Positions 11,544 through 24,818 of a stretch of DNA of 64,000 nucleotides are shown here, piece after piece (position 1 is the stretch's first letter; each line of letters starts with the position of its first letter). The position numbers and the translations under genes were made by a program. Under the pieces are notes generated by a model. The model did no database searches. It was not told where the DNA came from and saw nothing but the letters and a program-made list of their open reading frames with translations. The stretch is from contig CM060731.1 of NCBI GenBank assembly GCA_030704615.1, positions 27,218,001 to 27,282,000 on the forward strand, given 5' to 3'. This DNA is from Takakia lepidozioides. Taxonomy: Eukaryota > Plantae > Bryophyta.

Positions 11544-14309
11544 TGTTATAAGGGCCGGGAGTACTTAGCATAAGTAGGTGATCTTGCCAGTACCCTTACA
11601 TTTTGAACGAGACCTTGAACGGTCACAGGGACCATGAAACATCATGGCACAACAACCATGAGTGGTCATGACGCAGCGACCATGAAGATTAGGTCATGGC
11701 CCTTGGGCCATGAAGGATAAGCGAGAATGCGCGACCATGTTGGGGAACTAGGACCATGAGCGGGAATGTGCAATCATGGCGGGGAACCAGAACCTTGAGC
11801 GGGAATGTGCACCCATGACGGGGAACCACGACCATGAGCGGGAACGCGGGCGAGGAACCGCAACCATGACAGGAATGCAACCATGAGCGGGAACATGAAC
11901 CATGATCATGGCAATTGAGCCATGAACCAAGAACAGAAAAGTCTAGGGCAAAAAAAGGGTCCATGGACAGTTGGAGTCATGGCGGTTGGCTCACAAAGAG
12001 GTTATGCGGTCACGAGGGTATTTAGGTAAGCAGAAGGAGGGAAGATGACTTTTACCATACACATGATAGGATAGAGAGCACGGGTTGAGGCGGGAGCGGA
12101 TGAGAGTTACAGTGAGACAAAACAGAGGGAGATATGGGATAACGGATTTCTGGAGTAGACTAGGGGAACCGAGCGTAGAAATAGAGGTTGTGGCATGTTG
12201 TTTATACCATGAAGCTATAAAACAACTCTTACTTAGACTCCAACGATGTGTAGAGAGACCTAAGTGAAGCTGTGGAATGCCTTAATAGAAGAGGAACTTA
12301 AACTGAAGAGATTACATAAGTCATCATCGACTAGAATACCCAAGTTCACTGTTAAACTAGAATGATCATGAACTCATGAAGATAATAGGTTCATGGTATC
12401 CCATGATACACTAGGTGTGGGTCATGTTTGTCTGTTCTAAATGACCTGAATACTTAGAGTATCCCCCTGGCATGATAGCTAAGGGATGGTGTGTAAAAGT
12501 CATTCGACATTTGACGACCATACTGGGGTTGTGAATTAGGAGCAACTAGATGTGACTGGCATAACTCATTGCAAAATTGAAAATGAAAAATTATCCAAGC
12601 AATTCCTTAAACAAATTCCTAGATTTGCTAGAGGGATGCAAAGAAAACATCATCAAGATAGTACATAAAGCCGATCCAGATTGGGGACTGAAAAAGGGGT
12701 AATTAACATTTATCAGGTAGCGTCTAAGGGAGAGCCAGATGGTTACCAACTCTAGTTTTATGTGATAGCATTGCTATCAATTAGACGAGGAGAATTCGAG
12801 TGCTGGGAAGAAGTCAGGAGAGATGTCTTCACACACATGCATGCAGAGTTAGCATTGGTAAAGAACTGCATTCCAAAGGATATATTATGGATAAAGTTAA
12901 CACCTATACTAGCCTTTCGGACCTTTCTTCCCGCAAGATTTATGATAACAAAGCCTACTAACATTCCCAGTGATCCATTAAAGTTGGAAAGGAATCCAAG
13001 AATATATGAGAGATATTACAGAAGGGAGTTGTGGATATTACCTCATGAGAAACATGAAAGACATGGGTTATGAGTGATGAAAGAGGAGAGAGAATAGAGA
13101 AATATGTAGCAAAGAGAGAGAGCTATTTGAGAGCTAATTATCCGGAATTCTTCCAGAAAGAAAGTAAGAGTGAGGATTCATCAAAGCCAGTCAGTCCACC
13201 TTAACCAATAGGGACACCACCATTATTTGAAGATCATTTCTCTGGAACCACATCCTCTTACTCTTTGCAAGAAAGACTAAGGGAATTGACATAAGATGAA
13301 GGAATGACATAAGGAATTAGATAGGAGATGAATCCTTAGGCAAAGGACTAATTGGGAGTGTTCTTTGACCAGAATTGGCATGGTACTCCAATGGTAGGAA
13401 CTCCGGTTTCTGATACACTTGCCAATGAAGAAGATAATGAGGAGGAAACTAGCTGAGAGTGTTCAACTCCCAAATTGCAACCGTTTTGTGAGCGAGGAGG
13501 AAGAGACCCAAGTCAAGAACTTGGAAGATGCAGAATCCGAAGAAGTAGAACCAACAGTGGCCGTTGATACTACCACCAGGTCATCCCAACCTATTGCAGC
13601 AAGGTCAAATGAATCACTGGCTAGCAAAAGTGTCAGTTCAGGAAGATCAGGCAATGAGCTTGGATCGCTTATCGGAGGGACAGGGGGAGTGGGAAGTAGT
13701 TTGACAGTAACTTCGGTTATTACAAGTGTCCAAATACATGCAATAGGAATTGGACTTGAGGACCAATACCAGGACATATATCATTACAACAAATGGCTCA
13801 ACTAGCAGCACCAACCCATATAAGACCACCTTTCCCCATATACTCTGGAAAAGGGGATCATAATGTACATATTAACCAATATGAGCACATGTGCATAGTG
13901 AACAACGAGAATGCAGATGCAACAATGTTGAGATTATTCGCTTATTCACTGACAAAGAAAACAATTGAGTGGTATGGTCAATTCCAAGATAACCACTTTG
14001 GAACCTGGAAAGATATAAAGACATCATTCGAGGAAATTTTTAAAATAAGTAAAATTACTGGTGAAGTGTACAGTGGACTGGAATAGCTGAAACAGAAGAA
14101 TCATGAACCGATTGAGGAGTATCTAGATAAGATGGTATTAACGATATAAAAATTGATTGATGTGCCACATGAAAATTTACTAAAGATTCAGAAAAATGTA
14201 GACATACTACCCAATAATACCCTTGTCGAAGCATATGCATATACCAAGAAGGTGGAGCTTGGAAAAATGCTGAGGAAAGAATAGAAGAATTATATTATAG
14301 TGAGGATGA
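11544..14309 (+). mobile_element. Degenerate 5' part of a family A-related gypsy element (LTR 11544-12509, PBS, upstream ORF, gag), interrupted at 14310
   Basis: TGTT...CGACA LTR, PBS-like TGACGACCATACTGGGG; ORFs 12762-13073 and 13793-14086 resemble 27296-27991 and gag [11 protein letters not shown]; many stops. Confidence 0.85.
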
Positions 14310-14443
14310 TGTCGTGCACCTAAGCATCGTGCTACAACATACATCGCTGTCCATCACACATTCTAAGCATACAATCCTAGAAAGCTATGCCACAATGGAA
14401 AAGAGTTGAGAAATGAGAGAAGTGAAAGACCATGAAACCACTC

Positions 14444-16800
14444 TCATTCTCCACTAAGAACCTCGTCAAGTGGCGGTGTCAAGCATCCCATGTGCCACCC
14501 CCTTGAGCATTTGTCACACACCCACATGGTCGCGGCACCACCAGCATGCCCACATAGCATGCAACGCAACCCTGCAGATACCACTGCAAGGTTGGGATCT
14601 ATCCTTCCATCCACATGTGGAAGGTGACATGGCGCACAATTAGGCACATGGTCCTTCCATACCATGTCATCTCAACCCTCCAGAATCAACACTCCTGAAG
14701 ACAACACCTCCCGTACCCGTAGAATCACACGCCCTGCTGTGACATCCAAGGTCGTAGATGCTGTCTGTTGCAGATACACATAGTCCCCAGGGTTGAATCT
14801 TTGAGCACCCGGTCGATATCCGCCTCCACGTATGGTGACATACCTCAGTGTGTCCTGGTGTTGAGCAATAGCAAGGTTTTCAAAAACCATAGGCATGACT
14901 CTCTTGAATAACTCTGCCCGCCGGTCATATGCTTGTGTCCACACATCCGGATCATCAAGGTCGAGGACTACTGCAGCCTCCCTATGAATAGATGCAGGCA
15001 AATTTGGCTCTCAGCCAAAGAGAAGAAAGTAAGGTGAGAAGGAGGCAAGTGACGCTTGTTTGCTGAACCTATAGCCCATAGCCAACCAAAGCAGCTGAAT
15101 GTCCCAATCTCCCAGGTGTCCCTTCTGCAAACCATACTTGTGCAAACCCCTCTTGACTGTCTAAACCACTCTCTCCGCCAAGCCATCAGCCTCGAGATGA
15201 TCCCAAGAAGTAGTGCGGTGGTCTATCAAGGCTTGCTCACACAAAGCCTGAAACTCCCCCAAGAACTCTCTCCCCTGGTCCGTGAGTACGTTGGCTAGAG
15301 CACCAAATTGGCTAAGCACTGAGGAACACTCCTCACTCGTCCATCCTCCCATACTCAAAATAGGTGAGTCCCCTCCCACTTGAACCTCTTGGCTCGTTGT
15401 AGGATCCGATCTCTCTCCTTAGCAGTCACACTAGCTGCTGTCTCTCCGGTATGAAGGTACACTATTGCATCTTCATGCACATCCTTAGCATCACCAAGCT
15501 CCTCACTGATCTCCGGATCGTCATGCATACCATCTACATGACCAATCCTATGGGATGGACCAGCTTGAGCTCCCATTGCTAGAATGCACAAAAAGGCAGA
15601 TGCGTGCCATCCTGACACCATCTCCTTGTCCCTCTCACCATGCCAACGAGCTCCTGTATCATCAAGCTCACTTGTGCATGGATTGGGACTCAATCCATCT
15701 GCATCCCGGTTGACTATTCCGGCTCGATGCACCACCTGGAAGTCATACTCTTGAAGCATAAGTGCCCACCATGCAAGCTTCCCTGTAAGCTTGTCTGACT
15801 CCATCAACCTAATGGATGGTGATCCGTGACAAGGGTGAAGAGATTGTCATAGATGTAGCATCTAAAATGTGCCACTGTCTATACTGCTGCTAGACACTCC
15901 CCTTCATATGAACTATAATTTGCCTTGGCATCATTGTTCGAGCGGCTAGCATATGCCACTACGAACTCTCTTCCCTCATCATCCACCTGTGTGAGCACTG
16001 CTCCAATCCCCAACATACTCCAATCCGTATGTAGCTGGAAAGGCTGCCTCCGAATAGACGCAGATTTCAATCGAGCCTTGAGTTCCTCAAAGGCTTCCTC
16101 CTGCTCCTCTTCCCACTGCCACTCCTGACCCACCTTGGTCTACTTGTAAGAACATTCGCAATGCTGCTAAATCCCTTGACAAACCGACGATAGTAGTTTG
16201 TCAACCCCATAAAAGCACGAACTCTGCTTACATCTATGGGGCGTGGAATGCGTGCAATGGCCTCCACCTTCATATGTTGAACACCCAATCCTCCAAGATA
16301 TATCATGTGGCCCAGATACTCAATCTGATCGTGGAAGAACTTGCACTTTCCAGGGTGCAGTTTCAATCCATGCGCCCTCAAACACTCAAACACCACCTGA
16401 AGGTGTCTCTCATGCTCCTCAGCCGTGGCACTAAAGATGATGATATCATCAATGTAGCACCGGACGAAGTCTAGCCCTACAAGAATCCTATCCATGACCC
16501 TCTGAAACTCTGCAGGAGCATTCTTCAACCCAAATGGTAGGAAGCGCCATTGGTACAAACAATCCTTCCCAAAATCCTACTTGTCAATCCCCCAAAATGT
16601 CGTCTTTTGCTTGTCAGCCTCTTTGATTGGCAACTGGTGATAACCTGATCGTAACTCCAATGTGCTAAACACCTTCACATGCCCAATGGCATCAAAACTT
16701 TCCTCTGGAGTTGGCATGACATAGACTGTTGGACTTAGTCTGACGATTCACAAGACAATAGTCCCCCACACATCCTTCTTTCTGTCCAATTGCCATAGAT
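14444..16800 (-). pseudogene. Family B copy 1 pol: RT core (YIDD), RNase H, integrase, C-terminal PHD finger; frameshifted
   Basis: LPFGLKNAP..YIDD, HTDWS, LTDQGREF..GLAERVV, CMLC..CDKC..HMGC. Confidence 0.88.
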
Positions 16801-17460
16801 CCTAGGGGGTGCACTCTTTATAAAATGTCCGTATCATGTGCGTTCGCAGGATCATTTATACCCCCTCTGTACATACATTTTGAAGATTATAAAACCCCCT
16901 CCTGTAAATATATAGAAATTTATAAATTAAAAAAAAAGTATCCCCTTCTGTATGTATATTTCCCTTTTCAATAATTAAAAATTACCCTCAAATATGTATA
17001 TGTATGTTTTTATATTATATCAAGTTTATTCATTTAAAAATAGAATAAAATCTAATTAATTAATTAAAAAAAACTGTTTGCCTTCGATAAAACTTGTTGT
17101 GGAATCTCACTTTGAACAATAATCAGATGCAGAGAGGAAAGGGACATTGTCAATGCCCGATGTGCAAGAGGCCTGAAGAAAGTTTCCATTTTCTAATATA
17201 CAGTCCTGGGTATTTTCATCAGAGAGTGACCTTCTTGACCTTCAAGACCTAGTCACTGCACCTCTGTTCATCAACTAGGACAGTTTCTGAACTTGTGCTA
17301 CAGTTTCAACCTTCGCAAGGTCCAATTATGTTCAAAACCTACTGTTGAGAATTCCTCTCCAAAAAGAGATTTCGTACGCCTTTGCTGCCACTATTGGAGT
17401 CCAACCTGACTCGCAGCTGACAGAGTTTAATACATTCAATTAGGTGACAAGCATTTCATT

Positions 17461-18299
17461 TCACCAATACTCCCCACAAGAACAAACACCATTTTGGAAG
17501 TGGTGAAAGCGGTTTGCATCCCGTACAACAATCTCTTGCTTAGCTATCTTTGAGATGAATTTGGTGGCTGTGTGGCAATCACCACACATCCGAAGATTCT
17601 TGATGATCCCCAAAGACATCCTAGAGGGTGTGTTGATAAGCCCAAAAACAATGGCCAGCTTCTCATTGTGGTGGCAAAGAGACGATTCTTTAAGCTCTTC
17701 CTCAACATCATGCAATGCAAAGCGCGGGCTTCACCCCTTCACATATCATTTGCTCATAGGTCTCCAAAGCCTCCATCCCGCGCCCTTGCTGTGCATATCC
17801 TGCAATCATCGCACTCCACGACAGCACATCTCGTTCAGCCATACCGTCAAACACTCCCTTCATACATGTCCACGAGGGTATTGTTCATAATGACATTTGA
17901 TACAATTGCACATCTGACAATGTCGCCATGGACCTCTTTGCCCTTTTCCAGAGCTGACAGGCTTGCACACGCATTGCAAATGTACACAAACGTGATGTGG
18001 TCAGGCTTCCCCCTTCCCCCATCATTTGATCATAGGTCTCCAAAGCCTCCATACCACGTCCCTGCTGTGCATACCCTGCAAGCATCGCACTCCACGACAC
18101 CACATCTCGTTCAGCCATGGAAACTCCCTTCGCATCCTTAATGCACCCACATTTGGCATACATGTCCACCAGGGGAGTGTTCAGAATGACATCTGGTACA
18201 ATTCTAGCTTTGACAATGTCACCATAGACCTCTTTCCCCTTTTTCCAGATCTCCCAGGCTTGCACACGCATTGCATCCTGCCAACATTATATTCCTCGT
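17461..18299 (-). pseudogene. PLS-class PPR-DYW gene, 3' part (PPR motifs plus truncated DYW deaminase domain)
   Basis: [33 protein letters not shown] stop; NTPLVDMYAKCG..DVVSW repeats with frameshifts. Confidence 0.9.
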
Positions 18300-19471
18300 T
18301 GTCGTGCGGCTTTTACTCACCCATCCCTTCGCTATCCGAGGCGGAAACTCCAAGATAGAAGAGTTGGAAATCTCTAAGTACTCAGCCCGCGCAGAACAAT
18401 CAGTCATGACCTACAGCTAGTGTATCATGGGGGTGTTTCCTATTTGTTTCCTTTTCCGCATTCATCTTAGCTACCTTACCATTGATAATTAAGTATCAGT
18501 TTGCTTCATCAATTTATCGGTTTCCTTAACTCCTCCATTCAATCCACAGCTTCACTCAGATCTCTCTACACAGTGTGATTGTATCGTATAAGTATCAGAT
18601 TATGATTTATCAGGTATCAGGCCGAAGCCATTGTGTCTCTATTCTCCTCTACAATATCCCTACAGCTTTGCATCTAACAAGCATCTACTAATCCTCTTTC
18701 CTCCTTCATCGTGCTCTCCGATCTCCGCTCCCGCCTGACTCCGAAGTCCTCCCCGAATAATGATCCCCTTCCTATTCCCCGTTCTTCCCTTTATCCTCCT
18801 ATCCGCGGTTCTAACCGTTTCCCTCTCTAACCGTCGTATGTGAACTAACATGTTCCCTTCACTGGTGTTGTTCCCCACAGTCGTTCCCTGTCCTACTCTG
18901 CGTTCCCTATTATCGTGACAGCTGTGTCAAGCGGTGACTGGCTGTGTTTGGCTGTGTCGGGCTGTGACTGGCTGTGTGGCTGTGCCGGGCTGTGACTGGC
19001 TGTGTGGGCTGTGTCTGCTGTGACGACTGTGACGGGCTGTGTGGGCTGTGTGGGCTGTGACGACTGTGACGGCTGTGTGGGCTGTGACGACTGTGACGGG
19101 TGTGTGGGCTGTGACGACTGTGACGGGCTGTGTTGGCTGTGTGGGCTGTGACGGCTGTGTCGGCTGTGTGGGCTGTGACGACTGTGACGGCTGTGTGGGC
19201 TGTGACGACTGTGACGGGCTGTGTTGGCTGTGTGGGTTGTGACGACTGTGACGGCTGTGTTGCTGTGTGGGCTGTGACGGCTGTGTCGGCTGTGTGGGCT
19301 GTGACGACTGTGACGGCTGTGTGGGCTGTGACTGCTGTGTCGGCTATGTAATCCCCCTCTATAGTGCGCTGCTGTCACCCCTAAGGTTCCTGTTTGTCTC
19401 AGTCTGTGCAAAAATTAAGGGTACCCTACAGATCCCGTATAAGTGTCTAAGTCCCCTACAGTCCTCTAACA
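18300..19471 (-). repeat. 3' LTR of family A element
   Basis: Direct repeat of 27884-29023; TG/CA ends; variable GGCTGTG array. Confidence 0.95.
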
Positions 19472-19713
19472 TTACCCCTTCCCCCCTCAAAAAGCCGTGT
19501 CCTCACGGTTTACTGTTTCCGAGTAGCAACCCTTTGTGAGTGAGCACCTTGTTGACGTTGAGAGTTTCGTGGTGGGCTGTGTGTACGAGCCCGAGGTCTG
19601 TCTCTGGTTGATGGAGATGGTTGATCACTACCTGGATAAGTGAGGCCTTCTGGAGGTTGATATCGAGGTAATCTTTCCGGCATAGGAGATCCCCTTTGTT
19701 TCTTCTCTTCCAT

Positions 19714-21750
19714 CTAAATTGCATAGTCTTCTCCCATGTCAAAAGAATTTTGTGAAGAAACAGTTGTATCAGAATCCTCATCGCCTCTCAGGTGTTTTAA
19801 TTTTCGAACTTTTTGTGGAATCATCTGGGGCATACAATGCTGTCCTACCATGTCTGGAAGTTTGCATTTTACAACCTGGTGTAACCGTTGAACAGCAAAA
19901 TTGGTGTAGACACTGAGCTCCTTGTCTGTCCAGATGAGTGGGGTACCAATTACTGGTGCCGCGTGCAAGTATTTCCATGCGATATGTCCCTTATAGAAAA
20001 TGTCATCAAGTCCGAATTTCTGTGTTGACAAATTGTTGCAGGCTGCTTGAAACCATGAACGAATTTGAGAATCCTTTTGTATCATAACTTTTGGGTCATA
20101 TAGGTACATATGAGGTGGCACCGAAGGTAATACCCAATGATCTCCACTGGAGTAACTTTGAAAGCGTGCTTGCATCTTTTGTTGCTCTATGTGGTAACGT
20201 ATCAGGAAACAAGCAGCGTAGTATAGCCCGCACCCCATGACAATACTTGCTATTTCCTTGGTCTTTGTATAAATGAGTCCATGTACAACCTGGAAAGCAA
20301 CCAATTCCCTCAACATGGTACCTGCCTCGTGCCAGTATTGTGCAAAGTGATGATCTTCAATATGTCGATTGTTTGGAAGAACTTTAGTCCTGGTTGCCAC
20401 TGGCAGCCAGATACGCATGATTTGGTAGTAATGTGCGAATGACTGCGGAGGACTAAATTCTTTCCAAGCCAAATCCAACATGATGGGAATTTGGTTGAAG
20501 GGCATAATCATAGCCCTACTGTACTCCCTGGCAGCTGGAGTTTTAGGTGGGTTAAAAGCTGCATTGCCCCATACCTCCGGCTGTGGTGGCTGTGGTGTGG
20601 TTGTAGTAACCACAGGTTCAGCTACTGGTACACTGACCTGTTGTGGTGGTGGTGGTACTGGTTCCTGTACCATTGGCATCTCCTGCACCTCCTGTGAAGA
20701 CTGAAAAGCCAGAGTTCTGGCTTGCAAATAAGAAGCCATTAGCTGTTCCTGAGGGATATAGACTCTTTGGTCGATGTTTGAAGTGAGGTCTTCCACTTGA
20801 GTCTGGAGTCCGTCTACATCCTCTTGTAACTCTGCTATCCTACTATAGACATTGTCTATAGTAGTTGTGGCAATGTTCTGCACCTGCAGTCTGAGCTCAT
20901 TCATCTCGCTTTGGGTGAGCTTCCGTGGGCTTTTGCCCTCTACTGGCCCTTGTGCTAACCAGACCTGCATAAGGCTGTTATCCACCAAGCTGCTTGTGGT
21001 TCCCCTGAGAGTTTGCTCCTCTCTTAGCTTATACAATTCCAACTGCTGTTGTAAAGCCTTCATGCGCTTCGCCTGTGGCTCAACCAATTGCGCATAGGCA
21101 GCAAGTAGATTATTGGCTTCTTTCGAAGCCTTGTTACTGACCGCGATTTCATTTCTATTGGCCACGATGGTTTGTTGCAACTCCACGATGTATTTCTCAT
21201 TCTCAGCTTCCATCTGCCTGTATTGCTTGAAAGTATCTTCATTGCGACAGATTGTATTCTTCATATCGACAATGAGTTTCATGTGCTCCACATTCTCTTC
21301 TTCTGCCTTCGTACATTTTTCCGCTTGACTGTTTATTTCTTTTGTTGATTGGTCAAGCATAGTTGTAAATGTAGCGCATTGTATCTCCATCCTGTTATGC
21401 ACTGTCTGCAACTCCGTATGTAGTGCATTCAGTTCTTGCAACTTGCTTTCATGCTGCACCTGCATTTGGTATAGCTGTTGCTTATGTGCTTCGTGCAACT
21501 GGTCTTGCGCAAGGCCTGCCTCAATCAATTGTTGCTTGGCCAATTGCAAAGCCATTTCTGTATTGGCCAAGTCCTGCTTCATCTTGAGAGTGACCTCTTC
21601 ATCGACCTTGTTTGAACACTCAGTGGCAAGTCGAGCCTCAAACTCCTTCCTGAGTTCTTCTTTCAAGGCTGTCAATTGGGTAATTGGAACATGGGTTTTG
21701 ACATAAGTCCCCAACAAATTAAGTGTCCTGCCTATGGAATTCATCAGCAT
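19714..21750 (-). CDS. Family A 3' extra ORF: coiled-coil, Pro-rich linker, unknown C-terminal domain
   Basis: 678-aa ORF between pol and 3' LTR, Q/E/K/L heptad-rich; C-terminal part conserved in the copy at 63-950. Confidence 0.75.
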   Translation of the reverse strand: MLMNSIGRTLNLLGTYVKTHVPITQLTALKEELRKEFEARLATECSNKVDEEVTLKMKQDLANTEMALQLAKQQLIEAGLAQDQLHEAHKQQLYQMQVQHESKLQELNALHTELQTVHNRMEIQCATFTTMLDQSTKEINSQAEKCTKAEEENVEHMKLIVDMKNTICRNEDTFKQYRQMEAENEKYIVELQQTIVANRNEIAVSNKASKEANNLLAAYAQLVEPQAKRMKALQQQLELYKLREEQTLRGTTSSLVDNSLMQVWLAQGPVEGKSPRKLTQSEMNELRLQVQNIATTTIDNVYSRIAELQEDVDGLQTQVEDLTSNIDQRVYIPQEQLMASYLQARTLAFQSSQEVQEMPMVQEPVPPPPQQVSVPVAEPVVTTTTPQPPQPEVWGNAAFNPPKTPAAREYSRAMIMPFNQIPIMLDLAWKEFSPPQSFAHYYQIMRIWLPVATRTKVLPNNRHIEDHHFAQYWHEAGTMLRELVAFQVVHGLIYTKTKEIASIVMGCGLYYAACFLIRYHIEQQKMQARFQSYSSGDHWVLPSVPPHMYLYDPKVMIQKDSQIRSWFQAACNNLSTQKFGLDDIFYKGHIAWKYLHAAPVIGTPLIWTDKELSVYTNFAVQRLHQVVKCKLPDMVGQHCMPQMIPQKVRKLKHLRGDEDSDTTVSSQNSFDMGEDYAI

Positions 21751-21931
21751 TGCCTGTTGAGGGTCATCATGGTGAGGTTGCTGCTGTTCCTCCGATCTTC
21801 AACAGTATGATGTCTCACTAACCATTCAGACCATTGTCCCACCGGATTTTCTTCCTGAACTACTTCATTTATGACCGGTGCTACAGTGTCATGGCCTTCC
21901 GCCTGTGGTACCTCCGACACAGGTGTGTGCA

Positions 21932-23722
21932 TTATATGTACCTCAGGATTTTCTTGGGCAACTGTTGCACCTCTGGGATTTCTGTCTGCTTGACCAGACC
22001 AGAATATTCATAGAGAAGGTCCCCTTTCTCTATTTCCGCCACTATCTGTTCTGTAGTTGGAATATCTATCCCTTCACTTTCCAAATCTATTATTTCGGGT
22101 TGAGCTGCATGGATAACTTGTGACCTTGTGACAAGTCGTTCAAGTGGCTGTGTTGGTTGTGATGCAGAAGTAACTTCTTCCTCCCTCTCTGAAGGTCCTG
22201 CTTCCAGTAATAACATTCTTTTGTGCTGCTGTGCCCCTCCCTGGTCATGAGCTTGGGAAACATTATCATGCGGAATCCGTGAAGCCAGTGGATCCGCCAC
22301 TACAGTCTTTCCCCTTCTCTGCCTCTTAGTCTCGGGTTGTGCTGCTAGTCCACCCTCACTGTGTGAAGAGCCTTGCTCTTCCATTGCAGTTGTTTCTGGC
22401 TCAAACACTCCCATTTCCTTCCTTTCTTGTGCATTAAGTATGCCAGAACTAAGGATTATTTGAGCAATGATTGGGCCAGACACTATGATAGGAGATTTTG
22501 CGGTAGTACCTTGTAATCTTTTCATCTCCTCTACCAGTGCGTTGTACATTATGTCCGCCCATGGTACCTCTTGTCCCTTCAAGCCTTTGAGGATTTCCTC
22601 TGTGAAGGATCTGCTCAAATATTGTTGGTTCTGTTTCAGGGCAATCAGAACGTTCAATACTTGGCCTATGTCTTTTAACCCTGGGTACACAGCTTTGGTA
22701 CAAGCATAACCCTGAGTTTTAAAGAAACTCCCTTCTTGGAATAAATCCCCTATTTGCAGTCTTTCTCTGTGTTCCTCCACATACACATGACCTTCTGGCA
22801 ATCGAAACAATTGCTGGAGGTATAGGGGAGTAATCATTAATTCAACTCCCTTCACCGTTGTTGTTCCTGTCTTTGGCTCAAAGTTCTGCAAAAATTGTAA
22901 CATGTACTGTCTATGGTGTAGTGTCCAATCCATGCTTTGCAATCCTTCCAATCTCAGCTCCTTCAGTATCTTTATCGCCTGTGGGGTAGCCATCGTTTGT
23001 TTCTGCAGAATTGTGGTGCTCTTCACCCTGATTTCCTCCATTCCTCTCACTCTCTTCATCTTAGACTCACAGAACTGCTTTGGCTGTAACAACTGCAGGA
23101 ATGCCTGTAGTGCACAAAGCAGAAACGTATGGTTGCCGCAGAAAGCTATGGGTAATCTCTTGTAAGCCTGCGGGGCTTGCAAGCATTGTTCAAGAGAAAA
23201 GCTCTGCTCTTTCGTTTCGTGTCTCTGCCATTGCGTAAATAATATTGCGAGCGTATAGTCTGTTAGTTCCTCCATAGTTTCCAAGTTATAGCATTTATGG
23301 CCTGTCCTGTCGAGACGCCCGTTACTCAGAACGACGCCGCCTCTTGCGCTTAATTTCCCTCCATTTTCTTGATCATTTCTTTGGTTTTCTATTGGCTGTA
23401 TCCGCTGTGACTGGATTTTAACTTTTATCTTCTTTAGTGGACTTTCCCTGTTGGATAGTCCACTAGGATCACACATGCGACATGAATTCAGTTTTTCTGT
23501 ACTTGCCGTTCGTTCTGTTTCCCTTTTTCCGTATTCATTAATGGGCCCGCCTTTCATCCCTTTTGACGGCCGTTCTCGTCCTCTTTCTTTTTGACACCTG
23601 TCCTTGCACTTCATTCTCTGCTGTGTGTCGCACCCTGACCTCCACGTGTCTATTTTTAAATTAATTTCCGTTTCTTCTTCCTTCAGCCATTTTCCTGAAG
23701 TTTTTATGTGTCCACTTGTCAC
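21932..23722 (-). CDS. Family A extra ORF downstream of integrase (resembles Athila-type 'plant transposon protein' ORF); may join 19714-21750 by frameshift
   Basis: 596-aa ORF; segment MLQFLQNF..TTVKGVELMITP..LQQLFRLPEG. Confidence 0.6.
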   Translation of the reverse strand: MTSGHIKTSGKWLKEEETEINLKIDTWRSGCDTQQRMKCKDRCQKERGRERPSKGMKGGPINEYGKRETERTASTEKLNSCRMCDPSGLSNRESPLKKIKVKIQSQRIQPIENQRNDQENGGKLSARGGVVLSNGRLDRTGHKCYNLETMEELTDYTLAILFTQWQRHETKEQSFSLEQCLQAPQAYKRLPIAFCGNHTFLLCALQAFLQLLQPKQFCESKMKRVRGMEEIRVKSTTILQKQTMATPQAIKILKELRLEGLQSMDWTLHHRQYMLQFLQNFEPKTGTTTVKGVELMITPLYLQQLFRLPEGHVYVEEHRERLQIGDLFQEGSFFKTQGYACTKAVYPGLKDIGQVLNVLIALKQNQQYLSRSFTEEILKGLKGQEVPWADIMYNALVEEMKRLQGTTAKSPIIVSGPIIAQIILSSGILNAQERKEMGVFEPETTAMEEQGSSHSEGGLAAQPETKRQRRGKTVVADPLASRIPHDNVSQAHDQGGAQQHKRMLLLEAGPSEREEEVTSASQPTQPLERLVTRSQVIHAAQPEIIDLESEGIDIPTTEQIVAEIEKGDLLYEYSGLVKQTEIPEVQQLPKKILRYI

Positions 23723-23787
23723 TGATTCTATGGATCGTGTAACTTTAGTAGGCTGTGTTGAGCTGTGACAGGCTGTGTCATACTGTG

Positions 23788-24789
23788 TTACGCTGTGATA
23801 GGCTGTGTTGCCCTGTGGTAAGCTGTGATAGGCTGTGACACGCTGCGGTAGGTTGTGATAGGCTGTGTCACGTCGTGACGGGCTGTGATAGGCTGTGTCA
23901 CGCCGTGATGGCTGTGATAGGCTGTGTTGCGCCTTGCTGGGCTGTGATAGGCTGTGTCACGCCGTGTTGGGCTGTGATAGGCTGTGTTGCGCCTTGCTGG
24001 GCTGTGATAGGCTGTGTCACGTTTGTTTTGCCCACCCCGGTCATATATACTGGGCCTAGCGACAAGTGTTCCATACTCTGTTCGTAACACTGGTGCAGCC
24101 CGTGACTGCTCTTGCGGTTCAACATGCAAATCATGCTGCAGGGGTTTGTCATGGATACCACTGTACCCCTTCAACTTATTTGCATTGACTCTTCCCAGCA
24201 TTTCTTTGTTAATGGTTTGTAACATGGCTGTGTTGTTATCATACATCTTTTGGATGACATAAGGTCCTTTCCATGGTGATTTAAGCTTAGAAGCTTGAAT
24301 CTTTCCTTTCTTCTGCAACCATAGAACCAAATCCCCCGTCTTAAAAGTCTTTAACTTGCCTTCATCAAACTGTTCCTTTCGCTTCATCTGAATTCTGGTC
24401 ATATTATCCGCTGCATCAGCACGTACTTCTTCCACATGGTATAATTCATGTTTCCTGACCTTGATGGAGTCTTGCAATTCCATTCTTTTTCCCCACTCCG
24501 TTCTCATGGTAGGTAACAGGAATTCCACTGGAAGTAAGGCTTCCATACCATAAACTAATTGGAATGGTGTATACTTTGTGGTGACTTTATACGAAGTCCT
24601 GTATGACCATAAAGCTATCAGCAGCTTTGTATCCCAATCCGTTCTGTTTGCATTGACTATCTTAGCCAAGATAGTACATAGTATTTTGTTGGTAGCCTCT
24701 GCCTGTCCATTACCCTGTGGGTAATATGTTGTACTCTTTCTATGCACAATCATAAACTCTTTAGTCAATAACTCAATGGTCTCATTCAT
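23788..24789 (-). pseudogene. Integrase C-terminal half with GPY motif, frameshifted from the upstream ORF; ends in TCACAGCC-type repeat
   Basis: YYPQGNGQAEATNK, TPFQLVYG, WKGPY. Confidence 0.88.
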
Positions 24790-24818
24790 GAAGTGACTTC
24801 CTTGATCACTGATAAATT

